A program made the position numbers and the translations under genes. A DNA stretch of 64,000 nucleotides from Mobula hypostoma (Eukaryota). The first letter of the stretch is position 1. Each line of letters opens with the position of its first letter. The stretch lies in NCBI RefSeq assembly GCF_963921235.1, contig NC_086097.1:57786001-57850000 (forward strand). Direction: 5' to 3'. The notes below the pieces were generated by a model, which ran no database searches, was not told the origin of the DNA, and saw only the letters and a list, made by a program, of their open reading frames with translations. This document shows, piece after piece, positions 60,675 through 64,000 of the stretch.

Positions 60675-61400
60675 GATTCACGATGAAAGATTTTTTAATG
60701 TCATTTCCAGTACACAAGTGTAAAGGAGAATGAAATAATTGTTACTCTGGATCTGAAGCAGCATTAAAAAAAAACACAAAAAGATAAAGAGCACAATAAT
60801 AAAAAACACAACAAAGTGACACTAGGGGCAGGAGTGTCCATACATAATGTGGCTGACTGGAAATGATAAAGCAGGGGTGGTGAGAGGACTATGGAGGGGT
60901 GGGTTAGTGGGTGGAAGTGTGATCAGCCTTACTGCTTGGGGAAAGTGCTGTAACTGTTTCTGAGCCTGGTAACTCTGGCATGAATACCGCGTAGCCTCCA
61001 CCATGATGGGAGCGGGACAAACAGTCCACGAGAAGGGTGGGTGCAATCCTTCATGATGTAACTGGCCCTTTTCTGGCACCTTTCTGTTTATATGTCCTTG
61101 ATGGTGGGTCGGCTGTGCCAGTGATTCATTGGGCAGTTTTGACCATCTGTTGCAAAGCCTCTCTGTCTGCCGCAGTGCAGTTTTCATACAATGCATGTTA
61201 GGATGCTCTCTACTGCGCATTGTAGTATGATAAATGAATGTAGATGTGCATTGTTCAGCTCTCTTCAGGCTTCTCGTAAAGTTGAGTTGTTGGTGAGCTT
61301 TCCTGCCTGTGTGGAATGTGTTCTGGGACCAGGAGAGATTGTGCAAGATGTACACTCCCAGGAGTTTGAAAGTGCTCACTTGCAGACGCTTCCCAATTTT
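60675..61400 (-). mobile_element. Rex1/Babar 3' fragment
   Basis: ORF STFKLLGVYILHNLSWSQNT..RKAHQQLNFTRSLKR. Its tail matches 63560-63690. Confidence 0.85.
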
Positions 61401-61849
61401 CACCCCTGAGAAGGTGCTATTTCCTACTGAGCTGCAGTTCCTTGAGAGCCAAATGCTGGCCGGTATCTATCTATCCACGCCTAATGTGTGAATCTTGCAC
61501 AACATTCCCAGTAATGCTTGCTGCTGAAGAGGATGCAAAGCAGAAAACAATGAAAACCAATTCAAGAAAGGCTCGTTAATATTCCACTTTTAAAGGAATA
61601 CCAGGATTAATTTTTCAACCAGGGCTGCTGGATGCTATATTGCTGATATTGCATTTTTTCTTCAACTCAAGGCATTAAAGCTTATGAAGTTATCCTGTTA
61701 ATTGAAATTCTGACTGCAGTTTGATATGAGATCTGCCACAGATGCTCGGAGAGAGTCTATGCAATGCACATTTTTAAGACTTTAAGCTATCACTTGTCAT
61801 TGGAAGTGTTTTAATTTGGCTTTTAAATGAAAGTGAGGGAGTCAAAGAG

Positions 61850-62180
61850 AGAGATAGCAGGGAACCAGACTCTTAGGTTCATTGACTTTGTGCTGACCAT
61901 CAACTATCAATGTACACAAATCTGACATTAATCCCATAGTTTTCAGTCTCTCCGTGTTCTCACTTGCACCGCTCATCTACATACTAGGGGCAACCTTACA
62001 GTGTTAACCTCACAATAACCTACCAACCTGCCCATCCTTGGGACGTGGAAGGAAACCCAGGCACCCAGAAGAAAACAACACAGTCACAGGGAGAATGTGC
62101 AAACTCCATATTGATTGAACCTTGGGCTGGTTTGGCTCTATGAAGCAATTGTTCTATGAATTGAGCACTGTGCTGCCCTA
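61850..62180 (-). mobile_element. HE1/V-SINE
   Basis: Reverse V-core ttgggacgtggaaggaaacccaggcacccagaagaaaac..cagtcacagggagaatgtgcaaactcca, ending cactgtgctgccc. Confidence 0.75.
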
Positions 62181-62234
62181 GTGTTCTAATCTCCTTTTTT
62201 CATATAGATTCTTATTTCAGCTTGCTTTATATTT

Positions 62235-63690
62235 GAAAACTTCACTCATCCAGGCTGCTGTCCCCACATGCTTCAAATCAGCCAACATTATCCCTGTACC
62301 AGTGAACTCTACACCTTCAGAACTGAACAACTACTGCCCAGTGGCACTGAGGCCAATCATCAAGAAGTGCTTTGAATGGCTGGTAATGGCACACATCAAA
62401 AACTCCATTCCTGCCACATTGGACTCTCACCAATATGCTGATCGCCAGAACTGCTTGTCAATAGATGCCATAGCATCTGTCATGCACCTGTCCCTGACAC
62501 ATCTAGAAAACAATGACACTTATGTCAGAAAGCTCTTTCTGGATTTCAGTTCGGCATACAACACTGTTATCCCACAGACCTTGGTGAACAAACTCTTACT
62601 GCTCAGTCTAAATACACCATTGTCCAACTGCCTAACCAACAGACCTCAGACAGTCAGGATGCACAACTGTTCCTCCCTCCCCATCACTCTCAACACAGGC
62701 GCTCTCCAGCGCTCTGTGCTCAGCCTATTGCTCTAAACTCTGCTCACAAATGACTGCACAGCCAAACACCCGAGTAATCACACTGTCAGGTTCACTGATG
62801 ATACGACAATGGTGGGGCTCATCACACACAATAAGGAGATGGTTTACAGAGAGGATGTGAAACAACTTGAGGCCTGGGTCCAGCAAATAACCTCTTCCTC
62901 AATGTCAACACTAAAGGAGATGGTTATCAACTTCAGGAGAACTCACACCATTCACATCCCTCTTTACATTGGCTGCACAGAAGTTTAAAACACCTGGGAG
63001 TGCGCATCTCGCACAATCTTTCACCATCCCAGAACATATTCCACATAATTAGGAAAGCTCACCAATGCTTTTACTTTCTGAGGACGCTGGAGAGAACTGG
63101 ACTATGTACATCTATACTCATGCCATTCTACAGAAGCACAACAGGGAGTCTCCTAATGAGCTGCATCTCTGCACGGCACCTGAACAACAGGAAGACTCTA
63201 CAAGGGGTAGTCAAAACTGCCCAATGCATCACCGGCACCAGCTTACTCACCGCCGGGGACATATATACAGACAGGTGCCGGCAAAGGATTCCACCCATTC
63301 TTCTCATGGGCTGTTTGTCCCACTCCCACCAGGGAGGAGGCTACATAGCATACATACCAGGCCAACCACTCAACGACAGTTACTTTCCCCAAGCAGTAAA
63401 GTTCATCAACACCTCCCACCCACTAACCCACACCTCCACATTCCCAACTACCACTGCTTACTATTTCCTGTCAGCCATCTCATATACAGACACTCTTGTG
63501 CCTAGCGTCATTTTACAGATAATCTATGTACATAAGTTATCTTAGTATTTATACTTACTGTGTTTTTTTGTTATTGTGTTCCTTACCTTATTGTATTTTT
63601 TTGTGCCACATTAGATCCAGAGTAACAGTTACTTCATTCTCCTTTACACTTGTGTACTAGAAATGACATTTAACAATGTTGAATCTTGAG
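62235..63690 (+). mobile_element. Rex1/Babar LINE, 5'-truncated RT pseudogene
   Basis: VPTCFKSANIIPVP..NNYCPVALRPIIKKCFEWLV..LFLDFSSAYNTV, then RFTDDTT. Tail ttgaatcttga. Confidence 0.9.
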
Positions 63691-64000
63691 TTTCTAAAAT
63701 ATTAAAAATAATCAGGCATATTCTTACTGCTACAATTCCATCAATTATCTTAGAAGGAAATAGAATGAATCGCAACATGAGTACAACATGCAATTCCCCC
63801 TCCCCCAACTTACCATATGGCCAAACCTCTACAGACAGCTTATAGCTGACCTCGGAGAAAACACTCCACAAAAAATATAGTCATCTCTGTGGCAAGAAGT
63901 TGCTTTTTCCAGATAGTGCTTGTTTCAGGCAGCAGTTTAATGAGATTCCTGCTTCCCAGCTGTCATGTTATCATCAAATTGTCTGGAACAGTCAATCACA

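Noticed and set aside
1..64000. Prokaryotic systems (CRISPR arrays, retrons, operons), rRNA, or host protein-coding exons
   Set aside because: No regularly spaced direct repeats or operons. All RT ORFs belong to eukaryotic non-LTR or PLE families, and no host peptide was recognised.

Overview
Eukaryotic, repeat-dominated non-coding DNA with no host exon I can recognise, so probably a large intron or an intergenic region. The repeat content suggests a cartilaginous fish, probably a ray (inference from recalled family consensus sequences, no database search). It contains many CR1 LINEs (one full-length at 32066-36453), Rex1/Babar LINEs, a young L1 insertion, Penelope-like elements (PLEs), V-SINE/HE1-like and Deu-type SINEs, an IR/DR Tc1 element, a pogo/Tigger relic and a hAT relic. 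Many elements are nested, with readable target-site duplications (TSDs). The most interesting signals are: (1) an in-phase U_UUA_AAC slippery heptamer at the CR1 ORF1 stop, followed by a G-rich tract, which predicts a -1 ribosomal frameshift into ORF2; (2) at least seven minimal type-I hammerhead ribozyme motifs in PLE termini, whose decay is almost all CpG transitions; (3) TSD-flanked inverted PLE insertions, including a near-perfect hairpin with ~390-bp arms. Family names and boundaries of old fragments are approximate.
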